Below are positions 27,382 through 36,867 of a DNA stretch of 64,000 bases, in pieces (within the stretch, counting starts at the first letter, position 1; each line of letters opens with the position of its first letter). The stretch is taken from the NCBI GenBank assembly GCA_017556795.1, contig JAFYLZ010000001.1, positions 55,499-119,498 on the forward strand, given 5' to 3'. A program made the position numbers and the translations under genes. The DNA is from Candidatus Saccharimonadota bacterium. Lineage in GTDB: Bacteria; Patescibacteriota; Saccharimonadia; Saccharimonadales; Saccharimonadaceae. Under the pieces are notes generated by a model. The model had not been told where the DNA came from. It was given only the letters and a program-made list of their open reading frames with translations, and ran no database searches.

Positions 27382-28170
27382 TTAAAAAATCAGTCCGTTA
27401 AAAAACTCAGCAAACATCAAAGTAATCACGAACGCCACCACTAGAAATGGCCCAAAATAAATCTTTTTCTGCTTCTTCTTGCGCGCCGCCGGATACATCA
27501 CAACTAATCCCAGACAATTAGAAAGACACAGCACAATCAGCGCCAGCCATGCCCTGCCGAGCACCAACCCAATAATCACACCGAGAATCCAATCGCCGTC
27601 CCCCACCCATTCGCTGTGCGACACTAAGTATAAAACTAAATAAGTTCCGCCCAGTATTGCTGCCCCACCCAGCAAGTCACCAATTAATGGCCACGAAAAC
27701 CCTACAAGCCAAATCTTTAACCCGCAAATCGCTACCGCCAGCATCAGCGCAATAATCAGCGCGAAGCTCGGCAGCTCGCCCCACTTACCATCGTAAATTG
27801 CCAAAAATCCTAGCACAAAAACCAGCAAAAACACCAAGCCCAAAATCACGTAGCCAAGCACCGCTGTCCCCGCCGGATAGAGCATCCACGTTAAGCCAAA
27901 GAACGCCAGCCCCATCAAAAACTCGGAAAGAATTTCCATTAAACCAATTTTCTTTTTACAATAACGACAGCGTCCACGCAGCATTAACCAAGAGATAATT
28001 GGAATATTGTCAAACCATTTCAACTGTTTTTTGCACGACAAACAAACTGAGCGCTTCCCTAGCGAACCCTTGCCAGTATCTTTATAATGTAGCCGCCAAG
28101 CTTGGCACGCCAAAAACGAACCCATCACCGCCCCAAGCGCAAACATTATCAAACTAAGCGCAACCTTCAT
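27382..28170 (-). CDS. pilD: Prepilin peptidase
   Basis: GSFLAC, RSVCLSC, DNIPIISWLMLRGRCRYC, GDGDW, FGPFL; start 6 nt after TGCTAATAT. Confidence 0.93.
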   Translation of the reverse strand: MKVALSLIMFALGAVMGSFLACQAWRLHYKDTGKGSLGKRSVCLSCKKQLKWFDNIPIISWLMLRGRCRYCKKKIGLMEILSEFLMGLAFFGLTWMLYPAGTAVLGYVILGLVFLLVFVLGFLAIYDGKWGELPSFALIIALMLAVAICGLKIWLVGFSWPLIGDLLGGAAILGGTYLVLYLVSHSEWVGDGDWILGVIIGLVLGRAWLALIVLCLSNCLGLVVMYPAARKKKQKKIYFGPFLVVAFVITLMFAEFFNGLIF

Positions 28171-28256
28171 ACCCATATATTAGCATAAACACCTTGCAAA
28201 AAGCATTTTTAAAGTATATATTATAAATAATACATAACTATTAAGAAAGGATAGTA

Positions 28257-28799
28257 ATGGCAAAAAATAATATTAAATCTAAGAAGGGCTTTACCATCAT
28301 CGAAGTCGTGCTCGTGCTCGCAATCGCCGGCCTTATCTTCCTTATGGTGTTCATTGCTCTTCCTGCTTTGCAATCATCACAGCGTGATACTCAACGCCGC
28401 GAAGATCTAGCTCGCTTCTCTTCCCAGCTCAACCAGTATTCCGCTAACAACCGTGGTAAGATTCCAGCCGACCAAAGCGAATGGAACACCTTCCTTCTCG
28501 AGTATCTTGCAAAGGTTACTTGTGGCAGCGAAGGAATTCACCAGTGTCTTATCGACACCGCTAAATCTGGCGAAAACCGCTTCGTCGATCCAGATGGTGA
28601 TCCATACGAAGTCACCTATGTCGGTTCAGCCAAAGATGTTGATCCTAGCGATGCTAGAAGCAACTCCTTCAACCACATGATTTACGTCTACGACTACGCT
28701 CAGTGCGATGGCGAAAACGTTATCGAATCCTCTGGTGCCCGCAAGGTTGCCATTTCCTTCAGGCTCGAGTCTGCAGGTATCTTCTGCGGAACTAACTAA
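28257..28799 (+). CDS. Type IV pilin (likely major pilin)
   Basis: KKG|FTIIEVVLVLAIAGLIFLMVFIALPALQ; own SD and terminator. Confidence 0.9.
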   Translation: MAKNNIKSKKGFTIIEVVLVLAIAGLIFLMVFIALPALQSSQRDTQRREDLARFSSQLNQYSANNRGKIPADQSEWNTFLLEYLAKVTCGSEGIHQCLIDTAKSGENRFVDPDGDPYEVTYVGSAKDVDPSDARSNSFNHMIYVYDYAQCDGENVIESSGARKVAISFRLESAGIFCGTN

Positions 28800-28813
28800 T
28801 CCTAATAGTTAAC

Positions 28814-28845
28814 AAAAATCTCCCCCTCATGAGGGGAGGTTTTTT
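28814..28845 (+). terminator. Terminator after the pilin gene
   Basis: aaaaatctcccc-ctcatga-ggggaggttttt. Confidence 0.75.
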
Positions 28846-28896
28846 GTACTAAAAATCATACTCTTTTTAATACTACTTATGCTATAATTAAATGAG

Positions 28897-31569
28897 ATGA
28901 AAGGATGCGTGAGAAACAGAGGTAATTTTGGCAGTATTTTAGTGATACTTCCAGCTGCAATCATTATGCTTTTTGCTTGCTTAGTCATGCTTCCAGTAGT
29001 TCCAGAATCTACCCATGCTGAAGGTGATGAACCAGAAGAAGGTATTTCTATTAAGGCTTCATCAGATATTTCAGTTAATCTTCTATCTAAAGATGATGGA
29101 TATTACAAAATATTTAAAGATTCTATCATGGTAAGTACTAGTTCAGAAAATGGCTATACCCTTTCCATTGCTACAGATAGTGCAGCTCACCAAACATTAT
29201 ATCTAAATGGTGATACATCAAGTGGAAGCAAAATTGATGGTGCTTCTGGCACCTACGAAGAGCCAAAAGCCCTAGGTGATTACGAATGGGGCTTTGCTGT
29301 CCCAGGTATTTCTCATTTTGATAATACATATAGTACTACAGAACCAAGCACAGATTCTAGGTTTGCTATCCTCCCACTAGAAAACAAAGTTATCCGCGAT
29401 TATGCAGAAGCTGCTACAGAAAACGTTACAGATATCTATTACGGTTTTAAGTTGAGCGGAACATTGGAGCTCGGTGAATATGAAACCAGTATCACTTACA
29501 CCGCTGTTCCAGCAAGCCAACCACTTGTAGCTAAAGCGGTACTAGGTAATAACGGCAACCTTAACTTCCTATATGACCGCAAAACCTATACGCCTGGAGA
29601 AACCTACACAGACAACGTCGGCGAAACTGAAATTACCGAAGTCTATGACGTCCCCACTGACTCACAATTCACCAGCGATGACGTGCACGATGGGTGGTAT
29701 ATCACTGAATATTGCCCAGCATGGGTAGAATCGGAATCTGTGCTATCCGCAAATTTCAATATATCTTTCTACGGGTTCAAGCCAACTAGTACGTCTTGTT
29801 GGTTTTTGGGATTACACAAGATTAAATCTTTCACCAATTCAAAAAATCTGAACACTAGCAACGTAACAACCACGAATGGTATGTTTATCGAGTTTGGTGC
29901 AGACTACGATGCCGACACCCCAACCATTGTTGATCTTGATGTTGGGAACTGGGATACTAGCAACGTAACCGACGCAATTTATATGTTCTATTATACTGGT
30001 TATTATGACAACTCCGTCATAAATATTAAAGGCCTCAGCAACTGGGACACTAGTAGCCTGACAAACGCATCTTATATGTTTTCAGGGCTATATCACACTG
30101 AAACCACTTTCAATGGCATCAAAGGCTGGAACACTGGTAGCATTACAAATGCGGACGCCATGTTTAACGGCGCTGGCAGCAACACTGCCGCCTGGAATCT
30201 AGATCTTAGCGGTTGGGATACTAGCAGCGTAATGGTCACGTCATGGATGTTTGGTTCGTCCGGATATTTGGCTACTACTTGGAGTCTAAACCTTAGCGGT
30301 TGGGATACTAGTAACGTAACAAACATGTCTGGCATGTTTAGTAGCATTGGTTATAACGCCGAAACTCGTGACCTAAACCTTAGCGGTTGGGATACTAGCA
30401 ACGTAACAAACATGTCTTATATGTTCGACAGCGCTGGATACAACTCTCTCGTCTGGGATATTAATGATAGTCTTGCGAATTTGGACACTAGCAATGTGAC
30501 AGATATGTCTTCTATGTTCGAAAGTGCTGGTCGCAGTGCTACTACTTTCAACTTAGATCTCAGTAGTTGGAATACTGAAAACGTAACAAACATATCTGAT
30601 ATGTTCAATAGCGCTGGAAGAAACGCCACCACCTGGAACCTCAATCTTAGCGGTTGGAATACTAGCAATGTTACGAATATGCGCAGAACATTTGGGGGCG
30701 CCGGATACAGCGATACCACCTGGAGCCTCAAAAATATCAGAGGCCTTAGCGGTTGGGACACTAGTAATGTGACGGATATGTCTGATACGTTCATCAGTGC
30801 AGGCTACAATAATGCCATCTTCAGCCTAGATTTTAGCGATTGGAATATCGACAGCGTATTATCAATTTCCGGCATGTTCGAAAAAGCCGGATACAATGCC
30901 ACCACCTGGAGTATTAGCGGACTTGACGATTGGGACACCAGCATTATGAAATATATGAGCTGGACATTCAGAGACGCCGGATACAATGCTACTACTTTCG
31001 ACTTAGATCTTAGTAGTTGGGTCGTCGACAACGTACAAACTATGGACGGGATGTTTGATCATGCTGGCTACAACGCTACCGTCTGGAGCGTTGGCGACAT
31101 TAGTGGTTGGAAAACTGACAATGTGACGAATATGGGGTCTATGTTTAATTATGCCGGCTACAACGCTACCACGTTCAATTTGAACCTTAGTAACTGGAAA
31201 ACCGGTAATGTAACAAGCATGTACTCCATGTTCCGTAGTGCCGGCTACAACGCTACCACCTGGACCATTGGCGATCTTAGTGGCTGGAATACTAATAACG
31301 TGAAGTACATGCACTATATGTTTGATAGTGCCGGCTACAGCACTACCGCCACCTGGAACATTGGCAATCTTGACAGCTGGAATGTTAGCAACGTCTCCAA
31401 TATGAATTACATGTTCAACAATGCAGGCTTCAACGCCACTACCTGGAATATTGGTACTATTTCTGGCTGGACGGCCACAAAAGCCAGAGCCAACCATGCT
31501 GGATTCATCAACGCAAATCATAACAACACAAATATTACCGTTGTTAATAATCAGCCTCAATGGTACTAA
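28897..31569 (+). CDS. Secreted BspA/DUF285 leucine-rich-repeat surface protein
   Basis: Hydrophobic leader, beta-rich N-domain, then about 18 repeats of LSGWDTSNVTNMxxMFxxAGYNATT. Confidence 0.9.
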   Translation: MKGCVRNRGNFGSILVILPAAIIMLFACLVMLPVVPESTHAEGDEPEEGISIKASSDISVNLLSKDDGYYKIFKDSIMVSTSSENGYTLSIATDSAAHQTLYLNGDTSSGSKIDGASGTYEEPKALGDYEWGFAVPGISHFDNTYSTTEPSTDSRFAILPLENKVIRDYAEAATENVTDIYYGFKLSGTLELGEYETSITYTAVPASQPLVAKAVLGNNGNLNFLYDRKTYTPGETYTDNVGETEITEVYDVPTDSQFTSDDVHDGWYITEYCPAWVESESVLSANFNISFYGFKPTSTSCWFLGLHKIKSFTNSKNLNTSNVTTTNGMFIEFGADYDADTPTIVDLDVGNWDTSNVTDAIYMFYYTGYYDNSVINIKGLSNWDTSSLTNASYMFSGLYHTETTFNGIKGWNTGSITNADAMFNGAGSNTAAWNLDLSGWDTSSVMVTSWMFGSSGYLATTWSLNLSGWDTSNVTNMSGMFSSIGYNAETRDLNLSGWDTSNVTNMSYMFDSAGYNSLVWDINDSLANLDTSNVTDMSSMFESAGRSATTFNLDLSSWNTENVTNISDMFNSAGRNATTWNLNLSGWNTSNVTNMRRTFGGAGYSDTTWSLKNIRGLSGWDTSNVTDMSDTFISAGYNNAIFSLDFSDWNIDSVLSISGMFEKAGYNATTWSISGLDDWDTSIMKYMSWTFRDAGYNATTFDLDLSSWVVDNVQTMDGMFDHAGYNATVWSVGDISGWKTDNVTNMGSMFNYAGYNATTFNLNLSNWKTGNVTSMYSMFRSAGYNATTWTIGDLSGWNTNNVKYMHYMFDSAGYSTTATWNIGNLDSWNVSNVSNMNYMFNNAGFNATTWNIGTISGWTATKARANHAGFINANHNNTNITVVNNQPQWY
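29848..31470 (+). repeat. Approximately 87-bp (29-aa) intragenic tandem repeats
   Basis: cttagcggttgggatactag at 30205, 30292 and 30379 (87-nt period); ggctacaacgctacc recurs near 31066-31260. Confidence 0.9.
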
Positions 31570-31588
31570 CTAATAGATCAGTAATCAT

Positions 31589-31616
31589 AAAAAAGCGCCC
31601 CACGGGGCGCCTTTTT
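31589..31616. terminator. Bidirectional terminator
   Basis: aaaaagcgccc-cacg-gggcgccttttt. Confidence 0.8.
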
Positions 31617-31633
31617 AATTCCCTATTTCAATG

Positions 31634-32836
31634 TTAAATCGCACTCACTAGCGTGTAAATCGGCATCAAAGTACCACCAATCACTACGCCGATCAAAAGC
31701 GCCATCACCACCATCAATACCGGTTCAATCATCGTTGAAATAGCCGCAATTTGCTCATCGAGCTCGTTTTCATACACCTGTGCGGCCTTGCCAAGCATCT
31801 CGTCGATCTTACCAGACTGCTCGCCAATCGAAGACATCTGCGGCACCAAAGGCAGCATAAAGCGCCTGTTCACCAAAGCTTCAGACAGCGGCTTACCGCC
31901 TTTTACGATATTAATTGCCTTTTTATATTCTTCCTCAACCACCACGTTGTTGGTAGCTTCCGCCGCAATCGTAATCGAATCAATCATCGGCACACCAGTC
32001 GCCAGCATCATCTCTAGCGTACGGGCAAAACGTGACACATAGAGCTTCATAAACAATTTGCCAAAAATCGGCACTCTAATCTTGAACCCGTCCCACATTT
32101 TGCGACCAGACGGCGTCTTTTTATACGAAATAAATGCCACAACCGCGCCGGCCAAAAACGCCAGCACTAACCACCACCAGTGGCCAAAGAAGTCCGTTAC
32201 TCCATACAAGAACTTCGTAAGGAATGGCAACTCTTTGCGCATATCCGCATAAAGTCCAGCTACCTGCGGCACCACCATAATCATCAAGAATGCCAACACC
32301 GCAATAATCACGAGTAAAATAATTGCCGGATAAATCATTGCGCCGCGAATCTTCGACAGCATCGACTGGTCCTTCTCTTCCTGATCGGCCAAGCGCCTCA
32401 AAGCCACGTCGAGCGTACCAGACATTTCGCCGGCCGCAATCAACGCTACGTAAACCTTATTAAACACATCCGGGTGCTGTTCAAATGCCTCGTGCAGAGA
32501 CTTACCGGCTTCCACAGCCGCCAAAATCTCTTCCACGACCGCACGCATACCTCTGGATTCAGTTTGATCAACAATTGTTCTAAGACTTACCGAAAGCGGC
32601 AAACCAGCCGCAATCAAAGTCGAGAATTGCCTCGTAAAAACAATACGGTCCTTCGCACGGATTTTATTCGAAGCCTTCGAAAGCAAGCTTCCCTTTCCAT
32701 ACTCGATAATCGTGTCCGGAATATAACCTTGCTCCACCAAGAGCTTACCGGCCATCCTTTCACTTTCAGCCTGGATGCTTCCCTTAATGGTCTTGCCGGT
32801 AGCCTTGTCTTTCGCTTTGTAGTCAAAACGCTTCAT
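31634..32836 (-). CDS. pilC: Type IV pilus platform protein (T2SS F family)
   Basis: FTRQFSTLIAAGLPL, AGEMSGTLD, AMIYPAI, GEQSGKIDEML. Confidence 0.94.
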   Translation of the reverse strand: MKRFDYKAKDKATGKTIKGSIQAESERMAGKLLVEQGYIPDTIIEYGKGSLLSKASNKIRAKDRIVFTRQFSTLIAAGLPLSVSLRTIVDQTESRGMRAVVEEILAAVEAGKSLHEAFEQHPDVFNKVYVALIAAGEMSGTLDVALRRLADQEEKDQSMLSKIRGAMIYPAIILLVIIAVLAFLMIMVVPQVAGLYADMRKELPFLTKFLYGVTDFFGHWWWLVLAFLAGAVVAFISYKKTPSGRKMWDGFKIRVPIFGKLFMKLYVSRFARTLEMMLATGVPMIDSITIAAEATNNVVVEEEYKKAINIVKGGKPLSEALVNRRFMLPLVPQMSSIGEQSGKIDEMLGKAAQVYENELDEQIAAISTMIEPVLMVVMALLIGVVIGGTLMPIYTLVSAI

Positions 32837-33933
32837 TAGCCCCTCGCCAGTCTATTAAGTTCATTTGCATCAAGTGCGTATTCAAGAGCCGAATCATAGG
32901 TAATCACACCGGTCTTCACGAGACCAGCCAACGTCCTGTCCATCGTCTGCATGCCTTGTTCGGCGCCAGTCTGAATCGCCGTATCAATTTGGTGAGTCTT
33001 CCCTTCACGAATAAGCGAACGAATACCAGGGTTAGCAATCATAATTTCTGCTGCACACACACGGCCACCGCCAATTGCCGGCACCAAGCGCTGTGAACAA
33101 ACCGCCATCAGTATATTAGCGAGCTGTGAACGAATCTGTGGCTGCTGATAAGCTGGGAACGAGTCAATAATACGGTCAATCGATTGCGCTGCTGAGTTTG
33201 TGTGGAGCGTTGCAAACACCAAGTGACCAGTCTCAGCCACCGTAATTGCCGCTTGCATCGTCTCAAGATCGCGCATCTCACCAATCAACACCACATCCGG
33301 GTCTTCACGCAGCACCGAACGCAGTGCCGCCGCAAAGCTAAACGTATCGTAATGCACCTCACGTTGCACCACCACCGAACGTTTCGATTTGTGCGTAAAT
33401 TCAATCGGGTCTTCAATCGTAATAATATGTTGTGAACGCTCAGAATTAATCTTATCAATTAGGGCTGCCAGCGTCGTAGACTTACCAGAACCGGTTGGAC
33501 CAGTCACGAGCACCAAACCGCGTGGATAATTTGCAAACGTTTCCACAATGCTTGGCATACCAAGATCGGTAATTGTCTTAATATGGTTCGGAATCAAACG
33601 GAATGCTGCCGCTAATTTGCCACGTTCATGGAAAGCGTTCACGCGAAAACGTGCCAAATCGCCAAAAGCAAAGGAATAATCAAACTCCTTATCTTTCATC
33701 AAAACTGCTTGCTGGTCTTTGTCCAGGGTCGCAAACACTAAATCGTGTACCATTTCTTCGGTCAAAGCCGGCACATTATTGACTGGAGTCAAAACACCAT
33801 CAATACGGAGAATCGGTGGCAAACCAAACTGCAAATGCAAATCCGACGCATTTCTGCGCATACATTCTTCAAGCAACTGCTCAATCCTGAGCGTTGTTAC
33901 TGGAGCCTGAACTGGTTGCTTATTTTCTTCCAT
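32836..33933 (-). CDS. pilT: Type IV pilus retraction ATPase
   Basis: GPTGSGKSTT, TIEDPIEF, LREDPDVVLIGEMRD, AETGHLVFATLHT, IRSLIREGK. Confidence 0.96.
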   Translation of the reverse strand: MEENKQPVQAPVTTLRIEQLLEECMRRNASDLHLQFGLPPILRIDGVLTPVNNVPALTEEMVHDLVFATLDKDQQAVLMKDKEFDYSFAFGDLARFRVNAFHERGKLAAAFRLIPNHIKTITDLGMPSIVETFANYPRGLVLVTGPTGSGKSTTLAALIDKINSERSQHIITIEDPIEFTHKSKRSVVVQREVHYDTFSFAAALRSVLREDPDVVLIGEMRDLETMQAAITVAETGHLVFATLHTNSAAQSIDRIIDSFPAYQQPQIRSQLANILMAVCSQRLVPAIGGGRVCAAEIMIANPGIRSLIREGKTHQIDTAIQTGAEQGMQTMDRTLAGLVKTGVITYDSALEYALDANELNRLARG

Positions 33934-33949
33934 AATTACCTCTCAAACC

Positions 33950-35722
33950 TTACGCCAAATCTGACGCTACGCGGTTTACCTCCTCTATCGTTGTTATACC
34001 GGACAAAGCTTTGAGCATACCATCCTGCCTCAAAGTCACAGTTCCCTTGCGCTTAGCGGCGCGCATAATCTCTTGTGCCGTCGCGCGGGAAATCAACAAT
34101 TGCTGAATTTCTTCATCCACCGTAATTGCTTCGTAAATACCAGTACGGCCATGGTAACCGCCTGGGGTTTCCTTGGTCGAAATACCGCGCACCAATGTGT
34201 AACCATTGTCGTTCTTTACCGGCAAGCCATTATAGCCAAGGTCATTGCTTACCGAAATCACCGAGCTGCTATTCTTTGGCAACAAATCACCAAGCACAGT
34301 GTTAATCTCGGTCGTCTCAAGCTGAGTCGATTTATAGACTTCACGTTTATCGGTCACTTTACGCACCAAACGCTGACCAATCACGGTGTTAAGCGTCGAA
34401 GCAAGCAAGAATGGCTCAATGCCCATGTCTAGGAGACGTGGCAAAATACCAGCTGCCGAGTTAGTATGCAACGTCGAGAACACCAAGTGACCAGTCAAAG
34501 CTGCCTGCACAGCTAGTGATGCGGTTTCTGGATCACGAATCTCACCCACCATCACCACATCCGGATCTTGACGCAAAATCGAGCGCAAGCCCGAAGCAAA
34601 CGTCAAACCAGCGTCCACATTAATTTGCATCTGGTTGATACCGTCCATCTTGTATTCGACTGGATCCTCAAGCGTCACAATATTAATTGCTTCACTCTTA
34701 ATCTCCTGCAAAAGTGCATAAAGTGTCGTGGATTTACCAGAACCAGTTGGGCCAGAAGTAAGAATCATACCATTTGGCTTCGAGACGCCAGATTTCACAG
34801 CGCGCAAAGCTCGCCCCACCATACCCATCTTATCAACGACCATCGCCGAGCTAGACTTGTCGAGCAAACGAATCACCACTTGCTCACCCCAAGTCACTGG
34901 AGCCACAGCAATACGCAAATCGATTTCCTTATCATTTACGAGCACCGTAAACTCACCATCCTGTGGCAAGCGATGCTCATCAATCTTCATATCAGACAAA
35001 ATCTTAATCCTCGATACCAAAGCTGGCGCAACCGATTTCGGTAGCTCCATCACACGGCGTAACACGCCATCGATACGATAACGAATCACTACACCGTCTT
35101 CGAGTGGCTCAATGTGAATATCCGAAGCGTTCGAAAGTGCAGCGTGATTCAAGATGTTCGTCAAAGCCTTAGAGATTGGCGAATCTTGAACAATAGTTTT
35201 AATCCTACTAGTACTTAATTTAACAGCATTTTCTTCGTCCGTCGCGCGCACTGCTTCGTCTACCGACTCAAAGTCGCCACGATACTGCGCTAGAACCTCT
35301 TTGATTCCCTCTTCAGAAGCCATCACGGCACGCACCGGCTTGTTGGCCATGCTAGAAAGATAATCGATTGCTTGAACATCCGTCACGTCGAGCATTGCCA
35401 CTACGAGCACGCCATCGCGCACACCAAGCGGCACTGCCATCACGCGCATTAAAACGTCTTGCGGCAAGAGTAACAAAGTATCTTGATCAAGCCTTACGCC
35501 TTTCAAATTAACGTATGGCACACCAATCACTACAGCAGTCGCGTGCGAGACCATCTCGTCGCTAATCACATTTTCTTCAACCAAAGCCTCGATAAGCTGC
35601 TTCTCACCATTACCATCGGCGAGTCGTGTTTTAACCTTATTGACGAGCTCTGGATCAGCCAAGCCTTCGTTAACCAAAAGCTCGACAATCTTCTCCTGAG
35701 CAGCTCTTGCTAACGTCGTCAT
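33950..35722 (-). CDS. pilB: Type IV pilus extension ATPase (GspE/PulE)
   Basis: ASDIHIEP, RLPQDG, GPTGSGKSTT, LRQDPDVVMVGEIRD, ALTGHLVFSTLHTN. Confidence 0.95.
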   Translation of the reverse strand: MTTLARAAQEKIVELLVNEGLADPELVNKVKTRLADGNGEKQLIEALVEENVISDEMVSHATAVVIGVPYVNLKGVRLDQDTLLLLPQDVLMRVMAVPLGVRDGVLVVAMLDVTDVQAIDYLSSMANKPVRAVMASEEGIKEVLAQYRGDFESVDEAVRATDEENAVKLSTSRIKTIVQDSPISKALTNILNHAALSNASDIHIEPLEDGVVIRYRIDGVLRRVMELPKSVAPALVSRIKILSDMKIDEHRLPQDGEFTVLVNDKEIDLRIAVAPVTWGEQVVIRLLDKSSSAMVVDKMGMVGRALRAVKSGVSKPNGMILTSGPTGSGKSTTLYALLQEIKSEAINIVTLEDPVEYKMDGINQMQINVDAGLTFASGLRSILRQDPDVVMVGEIRDPETASLAVQAALTGHLVFSTLHTNSAAGILPRLLDMGIEPFLLASTLNTVIGQRLVRKVTDKREVYKSTQLETTEINTVLGDLLPKNSSSVISVSNDLGYNGLPVKNDNGYTLVRGISTKETPGGYHGRTGIYEAITVDEEIQQLLISRATAQEIMRAAKRKGTVTLRQDGMLKALSGITTIEEVNRVASDLA

Positions 35723-35985
35723 TCTGCCTCCTCCAATATGTCTTCAATCGGAGTTTCTTCACCATTAGCACAACCCACACAAACTTCCACTGTTGGGTTA
35801 ATCGCTTGTCCATTAAAAATCTCTTTGTTCGGCGTTGCAACTTCGCCACTTGCGGCATGCTCCAGCTTCAAGAATTCCTCATCTTGGAGTTTCGGCAACA
35901 AGAAACTACAAATGCCGAATGCTAACGCACCGCCCACTAGCAACATAAAGATCGCCGTAGCAAGGTCAAACTTAGCAGTTTTCAT
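35719..35985 (-). CDS. Small single-TM protein in the pil operon
   Basis: ATGA overlaps at both ends; 88 aa. Confidence 0.75.
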   Translation of the reverse strand: MKTAKFDLATAIFMLLVGGALAFGICSFLLPKLQDEEFLKLEHAASGEVATPNKEIFNGQAINPTVEVCVGCANGEETPIEDILEEAE

Positions 35986-36866
35986 TTCTTGCCTCCTTTC
36001 TCTTCAACTGGTACAACTTCTTTTACCTCTTTCACATAGGTTGGTTCAACCCAGTAAGCCGTCGCCTGTGCACTCATCTCGAGGCCATCTTCGCGACTCT
36101 CAATCTTGGCGCGACGCACATCAAATTCACGAATCGAGTGTTCGATATTGCTGAGTACTGTGTATACAGTTTCTGCATCAGCCTTGATCGACAAATTTAC
36201 TGTCAAAGGATTAATACCCGTAATGCCGGCATCATAAGATCTCCAAGAGCTGGCCGGTGCAATGCTTTCTGGCTGCCAACCGGACATGTTAAAGATTTTG
36301 TTCAAACTAGCCAGCAAAGCTTCTTCGTTCTCGTGTGACGGCAATGCATCAGGGACTAAACGCAGAGCCGAGCAGCTTTTAATCAAGTTCGTTGCTGCTT
36401 TAACTTCTTCATCGGTTTTAGCTTTATTGTAATTATCGCTGAGTTCTTTATAAGTGTATTGCTTATCGGTTGCTGGATTCCTACATTCATCACCACCCGT
36501 GCTTGCTACCATGCCAAGCGATTCGTCAGCAGCGAGTATGTTCAAAATATTCGCACGCAAAGTCCCTGGCACGTCGCTGGCGCTCAAAGTCTTTGGATCA
36601 CAATTCTTCAATTCTTCCACGGTGTAGACATCGCCGCTTGGCTTTTTACAAACACCAGTATTTTCAATCGTGTTCGAATAATTCACGATTGCCTGATCTT
36701 TGGCAACAATGATACGAGCATTAAAATCAATTAGCTTCACAAAGTATGCGAGCACAGCGATGGTCACACCCACCACCATACCAGTACCAAGCACCGCAAG
36801 CAGCATGTACTGCTGTGCTTTGGAAATCTTTGCGCGTTTCGAGAGTGCAATTTCTTTATTCGCCAT
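35982..36866 (-). CDS. PilO-like pilus assembly protein
   Basis: TM then LPSHENEEALLASL...LTVNLSIKA...VLSNIEHSIREFDV; position after the PilN-like gene. Confidence 0.7.
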   Translation of the reverse strand: MANKEIALSKRAKISKAQQYMLLAVLGTGMVVGVTIAVLAYFVKLIDFNARIIVAKDQAIVNYSNTIENTGVCKKPSGDVYTVEELKNCDPKTLSASDVPGTLRANILNILAADESLGMVASTGGDECRNPATDKQYTYKELSDNYNKAKTDEEVKAATNLIKSCSALRLVPDALPSHENEEALLASLNKIFNMSGWQPESIAPASSWRSYDAGITGINPLTVNLSIKADAETVYTVLSNIEHSIREFDVRRAKIESREDGLEMSAQATAYWVEPTYVKEVKEVVPVEEKGGKK

Positions 36867-36867
36867 T

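Noticed and set aside
25697-28256. Xer recombinase as a pilin phase-variation invertase
   Set aside because: No flanking inverted repeats or silent pilin cassettes were found; it looks like the housekeeping XerC/D
29848-31470. BspA repeats as a CRISPR array or DGR variable/template repeats
   Set aside because: They are in-frame coding repeats without spacers, no cas or reverse transcriptase gene is in the window, and differences are not confined to adenines
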